A stretch of 64,000 nt of DNA, taken from Girardia tigrina (lineage: Eukaryota). The position numbers and the translations under genes were made by a program. The stretch covers positions 12,757 to 76,756 of the forward strand of contig MQRK01220805.1 in assembly GCA_001938485.1 (NCBI GenBank), read 5' to 3'. The notes under the pieces are model-generated. The model did not search any database, had not been told where the DNA came from, and saw only the letters and a program-made list of their open reading frames with translations. Below are positions 1 to 13,882 of this stretch, in pieces. Every line of letters starts with the position of its first letter. Positions within the stretch are counted from its first letter, which is position 1.

Positions 1-1108
1 ATAAAAAAATAAAATATCTATTTAAAAATAAAAAATATCTTTTAATGTATCTATTAAATATCTTAAAATTAAAAATATCAAGAAAACAAAAATATTAAAT
101 ATTTATTTATAAATAAAAAATATTTTTAATAAGTAATTTTAAAAAACTTTGAAATAAATTTTGAAAATAAAGTTTAAATAATTTTCGAAATAAATTTTCA
201 GTATTTTAAAAATTAAATCGAAAAGAATTTAATAGATTAATTTTGGTCGAGATAATTAAATTAAATTAACAGGAAAATTTGTTTTAAAGATGTGAATTGT
301 TATATAAATAAATTTTGGTGTTTAAAAAAATGAATTCTGATATAGACGTTGCAACCACTTCTCGCAATCTGAATCAATAAATTATTAAGTGATCTGACAA
401 TGAAGGTTGATCAATCAAAATATTGGCTTTAAAATATTTATTATTATATAATTTTAACAATAAACTTGAAAAATTAAAAAAAACATTTATTTTAAAGTAA
501 AAATTAATTAAACATACATAATTTAAATTTTCAATAATTTTGCTATGGGAAAAAACATTTGTTTTAAAAATATTCATAATTTTAAAAAAATATTTTCTGA
601 TTGAAAAAATCGTTTATTTTTAATTTATTATTATTTATATCATTTTTTATACTTATGATTATTTAATAAACATTGCAAAAAAAATTTTTTTAAGTTTTCC
701 ATAACTTAATTTTCTTAAATGTATTAAATATAAATTATTACTGTTATTTTATTTCGCCTTCATTATTGGAAATGTAATGTTTTTTCAAAATATTTTTTAA
801 CAGAATTAGAGATCTGGCATGGAAGATATTATTCCTAAGTATGAAAAGTATGTGATCCGTTTGATACTTCTTTATAGTTTATATGAACCATTTAAACATA
901 AGTTTAAAATTTTAAGGTATATAAACTGAATTTTTTGTTATTTTTTTATTATAATGTTAATATAATTTTTTAAATATTTTAATATTTTTTAATCGTATTA
1001 AAAATGTTTATATATATATAATTTTTGAATTTTAAACTAAATTTTTAATAATTTAAATAATTTTGTTTTAATAAATTTTTATTAAAATATATTTCTTCAA
1101 AATCCAAA

Positions 1109-1810
1109 ATGGATACAGTTAAAGAAATTTCAAAGTTAATCAAAACTTATATGGATAAAGAGAATATAAAATTGGAAGACTTGCTAAAGCACGAATCTCG
1201 AGAATATGTTCTCGAATTTCTGAATGATGCCACAAGAACAATTTGTGAAACCCTTGATCTCACTCCAAATGAAATCGCTTTACAGTTATTTGGGAAGAGG
1301 TACATAAAACCGGATAGTATTTTTGAATACGACTTGTTAATGTGGGCGATTATTGGAAAACGTATTACAACAGTAGAAAAAATTATTGACTTTTTAGCAT
1401 ACTTCAATAGACAGAATTGTTTCGGATTTACTTCTCTTCATTTAGCTGTTCAATTTGGTCTAACAGAGGTTGTTAAGATTCTTTTGACGAAGAGCATTTA
1501 CGTTTTTCGAGAAGATAATTGGGGTTTAACTCCAATTATGGTTGCTTGTCGATATAGGCATTATGAGATATTTAAGATGCTACTGGATCATGGGGTTCCA
1601 GTAATGGATGCCGATAAAGAAGGAAATACAATGTTTCACTATGCAGCTAAAACTGGAGATAAAAGATATGTTTTAGATTTGATTGAAAATGGAACTTGTA
1701 ATCCTCGCTTAAAGAACAAAAACGGAGAAATAACATTAAATTTCTTGAAAAACTCATTTGATTCAGAAACAGTGAAAGCATTTCAAAAATATATTAAAAG
1801 CAGATTATAA
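1109..1810 (+). CDS. Ankyrin-repeat protein, 233 aa, apparently single exon
   Basis: Intact ATG-to-TAA ORF with tandem ANK motifs (GFTSLHLAVQFGLTEVVKILL, GLTPIMVACRYRHYEIFKMLLDHG, GNTMFHYAAKTG); AATAAA near 2015. Confidence 0.85.
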   Translation: MDTVKEISKLIKTYMDKENIKLEDLLKHESREYVLEFLNDATRTICETLDLTPNEIALQLFGKRYIKPDSIFEYDLLMWAIIGKRITTVEKIIDFLAYFNRQNCFGFTSLHLAVQFGLTEVVKILLTKSIYVFREDNWGLTPIMVACRYRHYEIFKMLLDHGVPVMDADKEGNTMFHYAAKTGDKRYVLDLIENGTCNPRLKNKNGEITLNFLKNSFDSETVKAFQKYIKSRL

Positions 1811-2229
1811 TACTCAATACATTTTATATTCTCTTGCTGTATCTTTTATCTCTTACCGAAATTTGTCATTCATTATCATTATTTATCTGCACACAACTTT
1901 AAATTGCTCGAATTTGAAAATTAATTTTTTAGCTCAAGACTTTTAACTATGATTCCAGTTTAAATATGTAAAAAAATGAAATATTTTAAATTAAAAGTAA
2001 GTTTAAAAAACAAATAATAAAGGAAATATATTAAAAATCTTATAAAGCAAATTCAATTTGTGACGGTTATACTTAAAAAATGAATTTATTGTGTATATTT
2101 TTTAATTATAAAATTTTTAATATATTTATATATCTATATTTTATTAATTATTTATAGAATTAACTTTTTAAAATTAATTAAGATATATATTTTTTATAAT
2201 TATTCAGAGTTTATTAATTCTTCTAGAAG

Positions 2230-2900
2230 GTCGATGGCCCAACCTGATTTCAAGAATTTCATGTTCTCAAGAAATTCAAAAGACAAGTGATACACCTGGT
2301 AAAGTAATCTTAAGATATAAAGGAAAAAATATGAGAGCCAAATGTCAAATTCAAAAGTGAAGTTTGTTATTTAATTTCTCAAATCACTGAAAGATTCTCG
2401 TATTGACTGACCTTTAGGAAACTAATGACCTTATTCTGGTATATTTTGATGAAATATTCCAATTTCGTACAACATACCAGAAAGTTCCAAAGAAAAAGTC
2501 TCGTGTGAACTTTATAATTTACACAACGTCCTATTCAAACAAGTTGAGCTTCAATTAGCACAATTGATGAGTGTGAATTAAAACTGGTTCCACATCCTCC
2601 ATACAGTCCAAATTAGTCCCTACATGACTTATAATTGTTTAATTATTTTAAACAAACTATATAAAGTCAGAAATCTGCTTCAACAGAAAATTTGAAAGAT
2701 ACAGTGTCACAATTTTTAAACTGAAAAATCTCCAGACTTCTTTAAAATCATCTTCAAAAACCTTTGTCACACGTTGACAAAAAGTGTATAATTTATTTTG
2801 CGAAATAAATCATACAAAATTTTCTTGTTGAAAATAAAAAAAATGTTTGACTTAACTTATTTTTTTATAAAAAGTCTCACAATTTATTGCCTCACCAATA
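2230..2900 (+). mobile_element. Degenerate mariner remnant (3' part)
   Basis: CCACATCCTCCATACAGTCCA encodes PHPPYSP near 2590; broken frame; ends in a TIR-like run followed by TA. Boundaries approximate. Confidence 0.6.
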
Positions 2901-4299
2901 TACATTGAATATTCTTTAAAAACTCACGCATTTTTAAAATATAAAATTACTCATGTAAACCCAAGTTGTTGGCCTACATACACCTGCTACCAAATCTAAC
3001 CTTGAGAAGTATTCAGGGGCATGAAAGTCACGGGTGCTCATAGTGTCTGCTGAGTATATTGATGATCTGGTAGTCGATGTGTAAATGTTCTCTATAGAAT
3101 ACCTTAAAAGTCTAATAATCAAATCTCCATCAACCTCAAACTTTTTTTGTTGTCATTGATAATTGATCAACATTTATTTGATCAACATCAAACTGATTTT
3201 TTGAACATTTATTAATATCACAGGCCGAATTGTTATTACAGCAATTATTCAAACAATTTCGCTATTCGAAGTTTTCTCGATTAATATATTTCTGAGTTTC
3301 TTCTTATTTTTTGAAAATAAATGAAAAATATTTATAATATTAATTAATTATAAACATTCTAATTAGTTTAAATCAAATCTAAACATTTTTAAAAAAATAC
3401 CAAATTAATATTAAATTTTTAAAAATATTTTAAATCGCTTTATTTTAAAATTAAATTATCTTCAAATAGTAGGAATCAAAAAAATACCAATCATCCATTT
3501 GGGTAGTAGAGACACAATCCGAATAAAATAACAACATTCAAAATATAAAACAACAATCAATTCAAATTATTCCTCATATTTATTTTTTTAAGTTTATTTA
3601 CATTCTTTTAAAATATTTAAAGAGTGTTGTTGGGATAGTTGTTTCCATAAAAATGATTAACTTGATTAACAACAAAAAAAAATAATTCAACAAAATTTAT
3701 AATTTTTTATATCACATTCCGTTTATTTAAACAAAATTTTATTATTTTTAAAAAACACGTTTTATTTGATTTTTTTAAAAAACAATAAAACTAATTTAAC
3801 AAGTGTCTTTTTATGATTAACAATTAAATGATTATTCAATGGAAATTTAAGAAATCAACAGAATATAAAGCGACATGATATCAATAGAGATTTGTTTTTC
3901 TAGACAGCAGATAAGTGAATATTTATAAAAATAGTAGGAAATATCTGATTTTGTTCACTGGTAAAACATTTGACCATATGAACCTAATCGGGTACGATAC
4001 GAACCATTTGCCTATGTTAGAAGAGGGAAGTTAAATGATGTTCGTATCAAAATAATTTGTTGGGTTAATAATGAAAAAAAGAAATTATACATAATAAAAA
4101 TAATCACAACCCAACATTATTTAACTCTAGGAATACTGTTTTTGTGGATCCCAGAATATATTTAACTCTTATAACTTTCGTCTAAATAAATCACATTAAT
4201 GTTATCATGGATGTGTATACTAGGTATATATATATATATATATATATATACTAACATAATTTGTGAATTCATTTATTGACACAAAACTAGTCACATATA

Positions 4300-5105
4300 C
4301 AGGTAGTCGTCGACTTACGACCACGATTGGTTCCGACAGACCGGTCGTAACACGATTTGGTCGTAAGTTGAGTAGGCTATATGTACAGTACTGTGCAACT
4401 GGTACAACTGATTTAATATTTGCAAAACATACAAAATTACAAAATACAGGTTTAAAAAATACAATAGGAAATATTTTTCCAATTGCAAAACATAACATAT
4501 ACAAATATATAGACATGTATGAAACATTTTATTGGCCGCTGGTGCTTAGCTGCGGATCATTGATGTCGTCATTTGAGGCAGCAGTTGGGGTTACCGGAGT
4601 TGGTTTTTTCATAAACATTGTGAGCTTTGTCTGAATTGTTTGTTTCTTTTTTTCTTCATAAATTTCACCATACGGACGAAACCCATCATGCGCCATCCGT
4701 TCATTTCTTGCAAATCGTTAGATGTTTGGGTCCATTGTACTGAAATGTATAAGAAGTTTATTCAGTAAAGATAAACCTTCTGATAATCCCTTAGTGGTGA
4801 ACTTTCTTTCTGGCTCCTCCTCTTCTTTCTCTGCTTCTCTTCTTTCTTCTTCCATCACTCTTTCTTCTTCCAGTTCGATTAGCTCTTCACTTGTAAGTTC
4901 TCCGGATTCTTTGTCCAGCAATTCTTTGACATCTTCCATTTCACACTCCAAAGAAAGGTCTTTAGCCAGTTTTACTATTTTTTCCTGAATCGTTTCGATT
5001 TCATGTTCACTGTGAAATCCGTCAAAATCATTAACATAACTGTCGTACGCCGCGGCTAGCGATTGTGGTCGTAAGTTGCATAGGTCGTAAGTTGACGACT
5101 ACCTG
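4300..5105 (-). mobile_element. Tigger/pogo-type non-autonomous element
   Basis: 23-bp TIRs CAGGTAGTCGTC(G/A)ACTTACGACC with TA on both sides; internal minus-strand acidic Tigger C-terminus (EDVKELLDKESGELTSEELIELEEE, 4718-4951). Confidence 0.9.
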
Positions 5106-5449
5106 TAGACAGTACAGAATGAATCTTATGAACATCGAAATACATGAACCATGTTTAAACAAGTCCTGCCGATTAAGGAAGGAAGCAGCAAAGCAAAAAA
5201 GATTCCATAGAGTTACACAAGAAGGAGTTAACATTGTTTGTTATTATCACATTAATGATTACCAATGTTGAATGTCAACAAACCTTTGAATGTTCTTTAA
5301 ATTATTATTTTGTGATTTCAGCAAAAATTTAATAAAAAAGTCAAAATAAAGAAATATAATTTATTTAAATCAAAATAATAAAATGAAAAATGACTCTTTA
5401 TACATTAATATATGCAGATTTAAGACTTTATAAATTCTTCTGTTTCTTA

Positions 5450-6000
5450 TTATTTGTTCTCTGTGATTGAAGTCGTACAGGATTGTTCTGAACACAAATC
5501 TCCAATTCTTAAACCTTTACTTCCCTGAGCCACAACTGGACTGGCTACAAGATGTCTTTCATTGTTGTCGTTTTCTGTAGCGTTTGACTCGTAACCGATG
5601 GAACGGGAATTGTCGGATGAATGTAGTATTAGAGGTTCAAACGCTTGATAAACTTCATGACATTTAGGATTTCCACATGTTTGATTACTACATATGCTTT
5701 TATTATTATTTAATTTTCTAGGATCATAGTAAATCGAGTTTCTATCGCTTGGAAAATATGAATATATTTGATTATCATTCACTCCATTGTCAGGATTACA
5801 AGAATATGGACGCATCATCGCCAACTCTTGAGCATTTACCTTATTTTCTATAATGAACATCATAATTATTTGGATTAGTATTATAAAATTTTATTAACCT
5901 TGCGAGCTGTTTGATCGTCTCCATAATATCCACATAATGTAGAAGGTGAGGTTGCATATCAGGGATATAATGAAGGCAATGAATAGCATCAGATTGAGCC
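5450..6000 (-). CDS. Last two exons of a single-pass membrane protein: TM exon 5899-6000 and cytoplasmic-tail exon 5450-5847
   Basis: AG|GG CTC AAT... gives GLNLMLFIAFIISLICNLTFYIMWILWRRSNSSQ (hydrophobic run then RR). A 51-nt GT-AG intron (5848-5898) joins it in frame to ENKVNAQELAMM...TENK*. Confidence 0.75.
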
Positions 6001-6591
6001 CTATTTAATTATTAACTAACATCATACTACTTCAATATATAACAAAATAAAAATTTATAAAATTAATTTTTAAAAAAATATTTTTCTGTGATTCTTAGAT
6101 AAGATATCCTTAATATTGGAAGATTTATACTGTCGAGAACTTTTTTTAGGTTTTCAAACTTTACAAATATTTTTTGTATTTAAATATTTAAAATTTATTA
6201 TTTTTATTACATATAATAACTAAATTATTATGCATAAATTTTTGTTTAATTATTTTATTCATTTTTTTTATAAAATATAAAATATATGATCCTATTTTAT
6301 TCGGCGATTATTTTATTATAATAAATAATTAGTATCATTAATAATTTCAGTAATTTTTATTAGTATATATTATTATTGATTTTTTTTTAAATTATTGTGG
6401 TGGAGTGGGTCGCGAAAATGATTATTAGGTAAGCAAGCCCCCTGGATTTTACTATTATTATGAGTAGGAGATTTTTGTCAAATAGATTCCTAAAAAGACT
6501 GTTTAAAAATATTGAAGAATTGTTACTAAAAGCTTCACTCTTAAAACTTGTAACTACAGAAGGTAATGCGAAATTGATTATTTCTTCATAT

Positions 6592-7018
6592 CAGGCGTGT
6601 AGCCAGGGGGGTGATTGGGTGGATTTCCACCCCCCCCTGATAAAATTCCCTAAAAATTGTTTAAAAAAATTATTACGAAAAACAAAACTTAGAGGAACAG
6701 GACCTCTCGTTTCCCCCCCCAATTAAAATCCAATTGGACGTTCCCATTTTAATCCACGTTTTCGGCCCTACTGGCGAGGCTGAAAACAAAGATTAATATA
6801 TAAACCGTTGATTGGATTTTAATCGGGGAGAAAAAAAGGAGGTCCGAGGAACGTTTAAGGAGCTTAAGGATCGTTTAAATTTAGAGGGTTAAAATCGGGA
6901 GACACCCCCACCCCTGAAAAAATTAAAACATAATTAGCCACCCCAATTATATTTAAGATTACTAGATCTTTCATGAATTTTTTTTCCACCCACCTCTGCA
7001 ATCCTGGCTACACCGCTG
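6592..7018. mobile_element. hAT-type MITE
   Basis: TIRs CAGGCGTGTAGCCAGG / CCTGGCTACACCGCTG; perfect 8-bp TSD CTTCATAT at 6584-6591 and 7019-7026. Confidence 0.9.
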
Positions 7019-8539
7019 CTTCATATTTCAATTGCAATCACCATAAACAGAGTCATTTTTGTACGAATTGTACGAATCTGGATGTTAAATTTGAGTTGAA
7101 AATAAATTTATTGAATCAATTCGAGTTATTCATATATTATTGTTGGAAGAACCTCTGATCTAAATCAACAAAATAATAAAAACAGAGCAGAATTTATATC
7201 GTTGCCATCTTGAGATCTACCTAAAGAAAAGCGCATCTGCCAAACTAAATTTTGGATGAGAAAGTAGTAACTGTATGTTCACAAAAGTTTAAAAACATTT
7301 TCTATCACTTTCAATGCATTTTTTATTTTATAACTTGAATTATAATAAACTTTTGATTTATAATGAACTTCAAACATGTGTGACATATTTTATACAATTA
7401 ACAAGAAAAGTAATCTGCAAACAGTTGCAACACATGTAGGACCAAGATGGAATTAGAAATAGTTTTAACAGATTATCAAACTTTATATATTTAAACATTT
7501 ATAAAAGAATAACTAATAAAAGAAATAACAGATGTGTAAGAATTTAAGTAATTAAAATATTTAAATAAACTTGTTGGGAGCGTTGTTGAGTTCATAAAAT
7601 TTTTGAATTTACAATCTTATCAAATTAATAATTAAACAATTACATACCGTAAAATATTGCTATAGATATGTTAAGATAAGATTTTCAGAAATTTAATGTT
7701 AAAAATAATTTATGTAAGAAATAAATTAAATTTTACGGTAGGTTTATTAAAAGATTTATGCAAATATTTATTACAAAGTAAAAAAGTTAATTTCAAATTT
7801 GATGAAAATATTTAATTGAAATAAAATCAAAAGTAATATAAAGTTTAATATTTTATTTGCGAATTGAAAGTAAACTAAACTATTTTTTGTAACTTTTATC
7901 GACTTAAATGAAAATGCGATTTTAATTTTATTTTGGAAAACGTAATTATTAATGGAAATATAATTTCATTTTTTATGTAAAAAAGGGGTAATTTAAAATT
8001 TGTTAAATTAAACGAAATTACTATTTTAAATTCTATTTTCAAAACATTATTTTATTAAATCCAAAGTAATTTTAAAACTATTATGAAAACGAAATGAAAA
8101 GTGCTATTGTATAGAATTGGGAAATTTAATTGAGAAACAGGTAAATTTAAATGTCCAATAAAATTGAAATTTAATTAAAGACGCAACAAAATCTTTGTTA
8201 CAAAATTTTAATAAAATCATTTAATAATTTTTTATTAAAAAAGTACATAATTTTAATTCGTAAAAAAATACAATAACCGTATTTATATTTATCAATTCTT
8301 ATTTATAATGGTTTGTGTAAAAGGAAAGTGCAAAAATTCCTCGAAAATATTTGTTTAAAAAAACTCAAATTGTGCTAGAAATAAAGTTTTGTGTTAATGA
8401 CAACGTCTTTTGATCAAGAACCCAATAAAGATTATTTAAATATAGGAAAATGACATGCAGACCCACCAAAAAGAATGTATGACTTATTGTCTTTATTGAT
8501 AAAACAAAGTCCGGATGAAAATCTTCTTTTAATAACCAA

Positions 8540-9730
8540 AGTCATCTATTAAAAAATATATTTTAAGACAATATATTTCGACGGATCTACCGTCATCTTC
8601 AGGTCACTAATTAATAATCAATTCACCTGTATATAAATACAAAAATGATGATTATNNNNNNNNNNNNNNNNNNNNNNNNNNNNNNNNNNNNNNNNNNNNN
8701 NNNNNNNNNNNNNNNNNNNNNNNNNNNNNNNNNNNNNNNNNNNNNNNNNNNNNNNNNNNNNNNNNNNNNNNNNNNNNNNNNNNNNNNNNNNNNNNNNNNN
8801 NNNNNNNNNNNNNNNNNNNNNNNNNNNNNNNNNNNNNNNNNNNNNNNNNNNNNNNNNNNNNNNNNNNNNNNNNNNNNNNNNNNNNNNNNNNNNNNNNNNN
8901 NNNNNNNNNNNNNNNNNNNNNNNNNNNNNNNNNNNNNNNNNNNNNNNNNNNNNNNNNNNNNNNNNNNNNNNNNNNNNNNNNNNNNNNNNNNNNNNNNNNN
9001 NNNNNNNNNNNNNNNNNNNNNNNNNNNNNNNNNNNNNNNNNNNNNNNNNNNNNNNNNNNNNNNNNNNNNNNNNNNNNNNNNNNNNNNNNNNNNNNNNNNN
9101 NNNNNNNNNNNNNNNNNNNNNNNNNNNNNNNNNNNNNNNNNNNNNNNNNNNNNNNNNNNNNNNNNNNNNNNNNNNNNNNNNNNNNNNNNNNNNNNNNNNN
9201 NNNNNNNNNNNNNNNNNNNNNNNNNNNNNNNNNNNNNNNNNNNNNNNNNNNNNNNNNNNNNNNNNNNNNNNNNNNTTTTATACTTAAGTTCACAAAAACT
9301 ATCTGGTGAAGTATATAAACCTGTATCAGTTTGCTTCCTATAAATTCCAGTCTCGTAACTAAGAGATTTTCTTTCAACCAAAAGATCTAGAAAAAAGAAA
9401 AAAAAGATCCATTCCTTTCATTTTCAACTGTAAAAGTAACATTTGAATGTAACGAATTCATAAAATTTAAAAATGGAAGTACATCAGCCTGATTTTTAAA
9501 AACTAGGAATATATCATCAACGTATCGTTTATATACTAAAGGTTAATTTCCATCAAACAGTTTAATTTTGTTTTCAATCTTAGAAAGAAAAACAGAAGCT
9601 AACGTTGGTGCTAACGATGAACCCATAGCAACCCCATCAGTTTGCTTATACCACTCATTATTAAAAAGAAAATGAAAATTCGATGTTGCAAAGCTTATTG
9701 TCTTTAAACCAATTTTGTTCTCAAGCAATT
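8540..9730 (-). mobile_element. Penelope-like retroelement fragment (RT, gap, 3' end with hammerhead)
   Basis: Minus-strand RT motifs FLFNNEWYKQTDGVAMGSSLAP, YKRYVDDIF and IYRKQTDTGLY; spans the N-gap; hammerhead core at the 3' end. Confidence 0.85.
8567..8605 (-). ncRNA. Minimal type I hammerhead ribozyme
   Basis: Reverse complement reads GAC CUGAAGA U GACGG-UAGAU-CCGUC GAAA UAUA UU GUC: intact core, 5-bp stem II, palindromic mini stem III, GAC/GUC stem I. Confidence 0.8.
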
Positions 9731-10009
9731 AACTATGCTTATTGTGAACCTCTGGACATGTGCAAATTTTTAGCGAGTTGTGATCTTGGGTGGATGTGAT
9801 TTTATGTACCTTAGCGATAGGAAAAACATTGAAATAATTTGTGTGACTTCGTGTCTTGGAGTCAGGGGGACTTTTTTCACATCTTGAGCAGTTGAGAGAT
9901 AATATGTTTGATGTAAAATTAATTAATATGTAAAAAACGTATATATAAAAATCTCTTGTTTTCTAATAAAAGAAAATTTTCTAAATGTTAACTGTAACCC
10001 TACTTTTGA

Positions 10010-10490
10010 CCCTGCAGTATATTTGCATGATAATTCATACCCTGCCCTACCAAAAGTCTTTGGTAAGTAGCTTTTTCATACTTTTAACTGGTCGCAATGA
10101 ATTCTATAACATTTAAACCCAAATAGAATGCAGAAGATAGGTGAGGCAATGGAAAAAATAGTGTTTAGTACAGTTTCCTCTTATCACTGCTCTTACCCGG
10201 TTTGGCATAGAATCGACCAATTTTTTCACGAGCTGAGGAAGAATATTTGCCCATTCTTCCCGCAGCTGAAGTTCCAATTCAGTGGCATTCCGTAGAAGCC
10301 ACTGCCTTTTACGAATGCGTCGATGTACCGCATCCCAAAGGAATTCGATTGGGTTCCAATCGGGGCTTTGTGGCATCCATTCCAGTACATTTATGCCACT
10401 TGTTTCGAAGAAATCCTTAATGAGGTGCGACGATTTCTGGGAGGAATGGAAGTAGTTCGTGTTCAAGGATTGCTCGGTACTCATGGAATT
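10010..10490 (-). mobile_element. Tc1-like transposase C-terminal remnant
   Basis: VLEWMPQSPDWNPIEFLWD...LREEWANI...LVDSMPNRVRAVI, typical of the Tc1 DDE C-terminus. Confidence 0.85.
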
Positions 10491-10599
10491 CATGTTATAA
10501 AATAATAAGAAATTATTAAACTTAAATGTTTAATGAATGTTAATTTAAATTAATGCAAGTATTGTGTTATGTTATCTACGTTATACATTCCATTTAATA

Positions 10600-10960
10600 T
10601 TGAAAGTTCAATATATACTGGATTTGTCGACAAAAATGATTGAATGTGCTATTAGGCTACAAAATGAAGGTTACAGTTATCGCAAGGTTGAAAATTGAAC
10701 ATAGAGTTATGGCATCTGACATTCGAAGGATTTGTGAGCGCTTCTAAGCAAGTGGCAGCTTTGCAACAAACGAAGAACGGTAAAAGAAAAAAAACTTCAT
10801 TCTTGATAACTGATAGAAGAATACCGAGGTTATCACCACACAACAATAGAACAATATCATGAGACACGAGCAAGACTTTTTTTGACCCAGGAGTGGTTGT
10901 TTTTAATAGAATCGTCCTGTTTAGATTGTTTAGTTTTACAATTTTAGACAATTTATGATA
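10600..10960 (+). mobile_element. Probable Tc1 N-terminal (HTH) remnant
   Basis: Degenerate frame resembling a Tc1 DNA-binding region (SGSFAT...GKRKKTS..TDRRI); many stops. Confidence 0.4.
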
Positions 10961-12759
10961 CCAACGAATAAGAAGAAAATATCCTCGTTCAATGTAACGA
11001 ATTTATTTATTTTTAAATTATATTTTTTAATTATAATATAAAATCAGCGTTCGCAAGACTCAATACTAATAATATACCAATAATAATTATATACCATTCT
11101 ATAGGTTATAGTTATTTTCCTTCATTTTGGGGGAATATAAAAATATAATGAATTATCATATTTTATTGTATAATTAAGAAATATCGTTGTGGTCTACCAG
11201 GTTCTTCATGGTCCATCTCAAAGGGGTGTACCTCACAGATGGAAAACACGTGGGTTAAATTTTACGTCTAATAATGATAAGTATCAAATTGTCTATTAAA
11301 ATTAAAATTAGAATTTAAAAATAAACGAAAAATCAAAAAATAGATATTGTTTATTTTCAAACTGACAAATATTGTAAATAAATATTTTTTTTCAGATTTC
11401 CAGTATATAAATTAAATGTTTTTTTCAAGAAAAAATAGAATATTTTTGGTGGTTTGAAAATCATGTAGAGGAAAATTTAAAATAAACTAAATTTACTAAA
11501 TCTGATGATAAATCAATTTAAAATAATTATTTTTAATTTCTAAAATTATATGGATTTACTTTATTATATTTTTTGATATTTATTTTAAATTTAATAAGTA
11601 AAAATTAAAAATAAATTATTTTTATTATACTTTATTTAATTTAAAATATAGTCTTTGAAAATTTTAAAATTTATTTATTATTAATTAAACATTATTTTAT
11701 TGTCTTTTTTCTTTTTGATAAAATTTAGAGTATATTTTTAATAATCGATAATTAATTTTTCTATTATAAACGCGTCTTAAAAAAATAATGATATTAAATA
11801 TATTTAATTAATTTTTTTTAAATTCGAGTAAAGGTAAAACTAAATAATATAATGAATAATGATTTATACCAAAATTATATTAAAAAATAATATATCCAAC
11901 TGATGAATGACATTTATGAAGTCAAAATAGCTGGTTGGCGAATGGAAGCAGTTGATCTGTTAAAAAATCAAGAGTGAATATTTTGTTAAGAATATTTATT
12001 ATTTCGCCCCCAAAGATAAACATTAAAACCGAACCACTTGAAATCATAAATTAAAAAAATTAAATAATTCAAAAGGTTACGAGATTTATTTTTCAAAATT
12101 TCTCTCGAGACAGAAGATTGGGTAAGATCCTTCTTTTAAAAGACGAAAAAAACTAAAAAAGAAATAAAACAATCGAAACAATTCTATGGACATACAGTTT
12201 AATAACCCTCAAAGATATTTTTTATGAATTATAATTTGAAATCAAATTATTTTTTTTATTTTTTTTAACCATGTGAGGTTCAAAGGGTCTTTTGGGAATA
12301 CAAAGGAATACAAAAAATGTCTTGATTATTAAATATATAATATATGTATTTTTACTTTGTGTTCTCAATTTTACTTAATTCTTTAATAGGAAATACATAA
12401 TATAACAGTCGGTCACGATAAATACAGATTCAATTTTGTTATTTAATTGTAAAAGATGATTCAATTATAGGGTGAACCCACGGCCAAAAATATGTATAAT
12501 TATAATAATAAATTATTATTACTAATAATGTTTGTTTTTGGTTTAATTTGAACCTTGATTCGACATTTCTAGAACGACTGATTAATGAATAGTCATATTG
12601 AGTTATATGTTGATATAGCGTTAAGTAAAGGCTTTACTTCACCTAATAATTATCAGGTTGTCGAGTATGACACTTGTAGGCATGGTTACAATAAATTCAA
12701 ATAGCTATAATTTGTAAATGACTTAACATTTTGTTGTCCAGTTTTTTATGTTTGATTGC

Positions 12760-13882
12760 TATATACATATCTTGACTATTGAACACATTAATAAAAATTA
12801 ATTAAAATTATTGATAAATTGATTTAATAATCAGTATTTTAAAAAATGGAAAAGGCAGAAATTTGAAATATTATGAAGTACGAGTTTCTACGTCGAACAT
12901 CAGAATCAGAAACTATGCGAAATATCAATAGTGTATTTCGATACAATGCTACTGCGCAGCACACAGTCTCCAATTGGTTCAGGAAATAATTACCTCAATA
13001 ATAAGTCTCGGAGTCGCTCAAGAACGCAGGTAGACAATGACGAAGTGAAGGTAATCATAGAGTCGGATCCATCACAAAGTGCTCATGATTCATCGCTAAC
13101 GTTTGCGATTACAAAGCAAACAATATTGAATCATTGGGTTGAAATTGGTAAAGTGAAAAAGTTGGGTGAGTGGATTCGACATGAGTAGAATGAAAACCGA
13201 AAATAAAAGTGTTTGAATGCATACTTGATGCTTTATCGTTATAAATATGATCACATTTTTGAATCGAATCGTCACTTGTAAGGAAAAATAGATCCAATAT
13301 TATAATCGCAAACGTCCAGTAAGCTGGATTGACACCAAAGAAGCACCAAAACACAACTTTCATAAAAAGAAGCTGATGGTGAGTGTTTGGTTGTCTCCCG
13401 CAGGTGTATTCATTTATGACTTCATGAAACCTCGATGTCTACTGCAACCTGTTGAAAAATATGATGTAGAAACTCTAAGAAAAGCAATCGCGTTTGGTAC
13501 AAAAGTCGACTCTCATCTTGCTCCACGACAGTGCAAAATCACGTACTGCAATTAAGACAGTGACAAAACTACAGGAACTTCTTCATCATCTTCTATACTC
13601 ACTAGATTGAGTCTCAACTGACTATAATTTCTTCCTCAATTTGAGAAAATTTTCGATTATGAAAAATTCAATTCCGAAGATGCCGTAAAAATGGCCTTCC
13701 AGAAATTTATAGATTTTCACCTACTAAATTTTTATTCAAATGGCCTCAAGAAGCGGCCACTCAGATGATTAAATTGTGTCAATAATATGGGTGCATACTT
13801 TGATGAATGAAAAATATTTGTATTGAAAAATTAATTATAAAATTTGACTTTAGTTCTACAAATTTCATACTTGAAGACCTAA
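12760..13882 (+). mobile_element. Degenerate mariner, cecropia subfamily (Dtmar1-like)
   Basis: From 12847: MEKAEI*NIMKYEFLR...NINSVF, then KVKKLGEWIRHE, HKKKLMVSVW, ILLHDSA, NNMGAYFDE; 3' TIR ...ttcatacttgaagacctaa-TA. 5' boundary approximate. Confidence 0.85.

Noticed and set aside
4722-4988. Ser-rich plus-strand ORF
   Set aside because: Antisense shadow of the Glu-rich Tigger fragment.
8623-9381. Long ORFs spanning N runs (also 52711-53690)
   Set aside because: Artefacts of assembly gaps; the flanks are PLE and mariner fragments.
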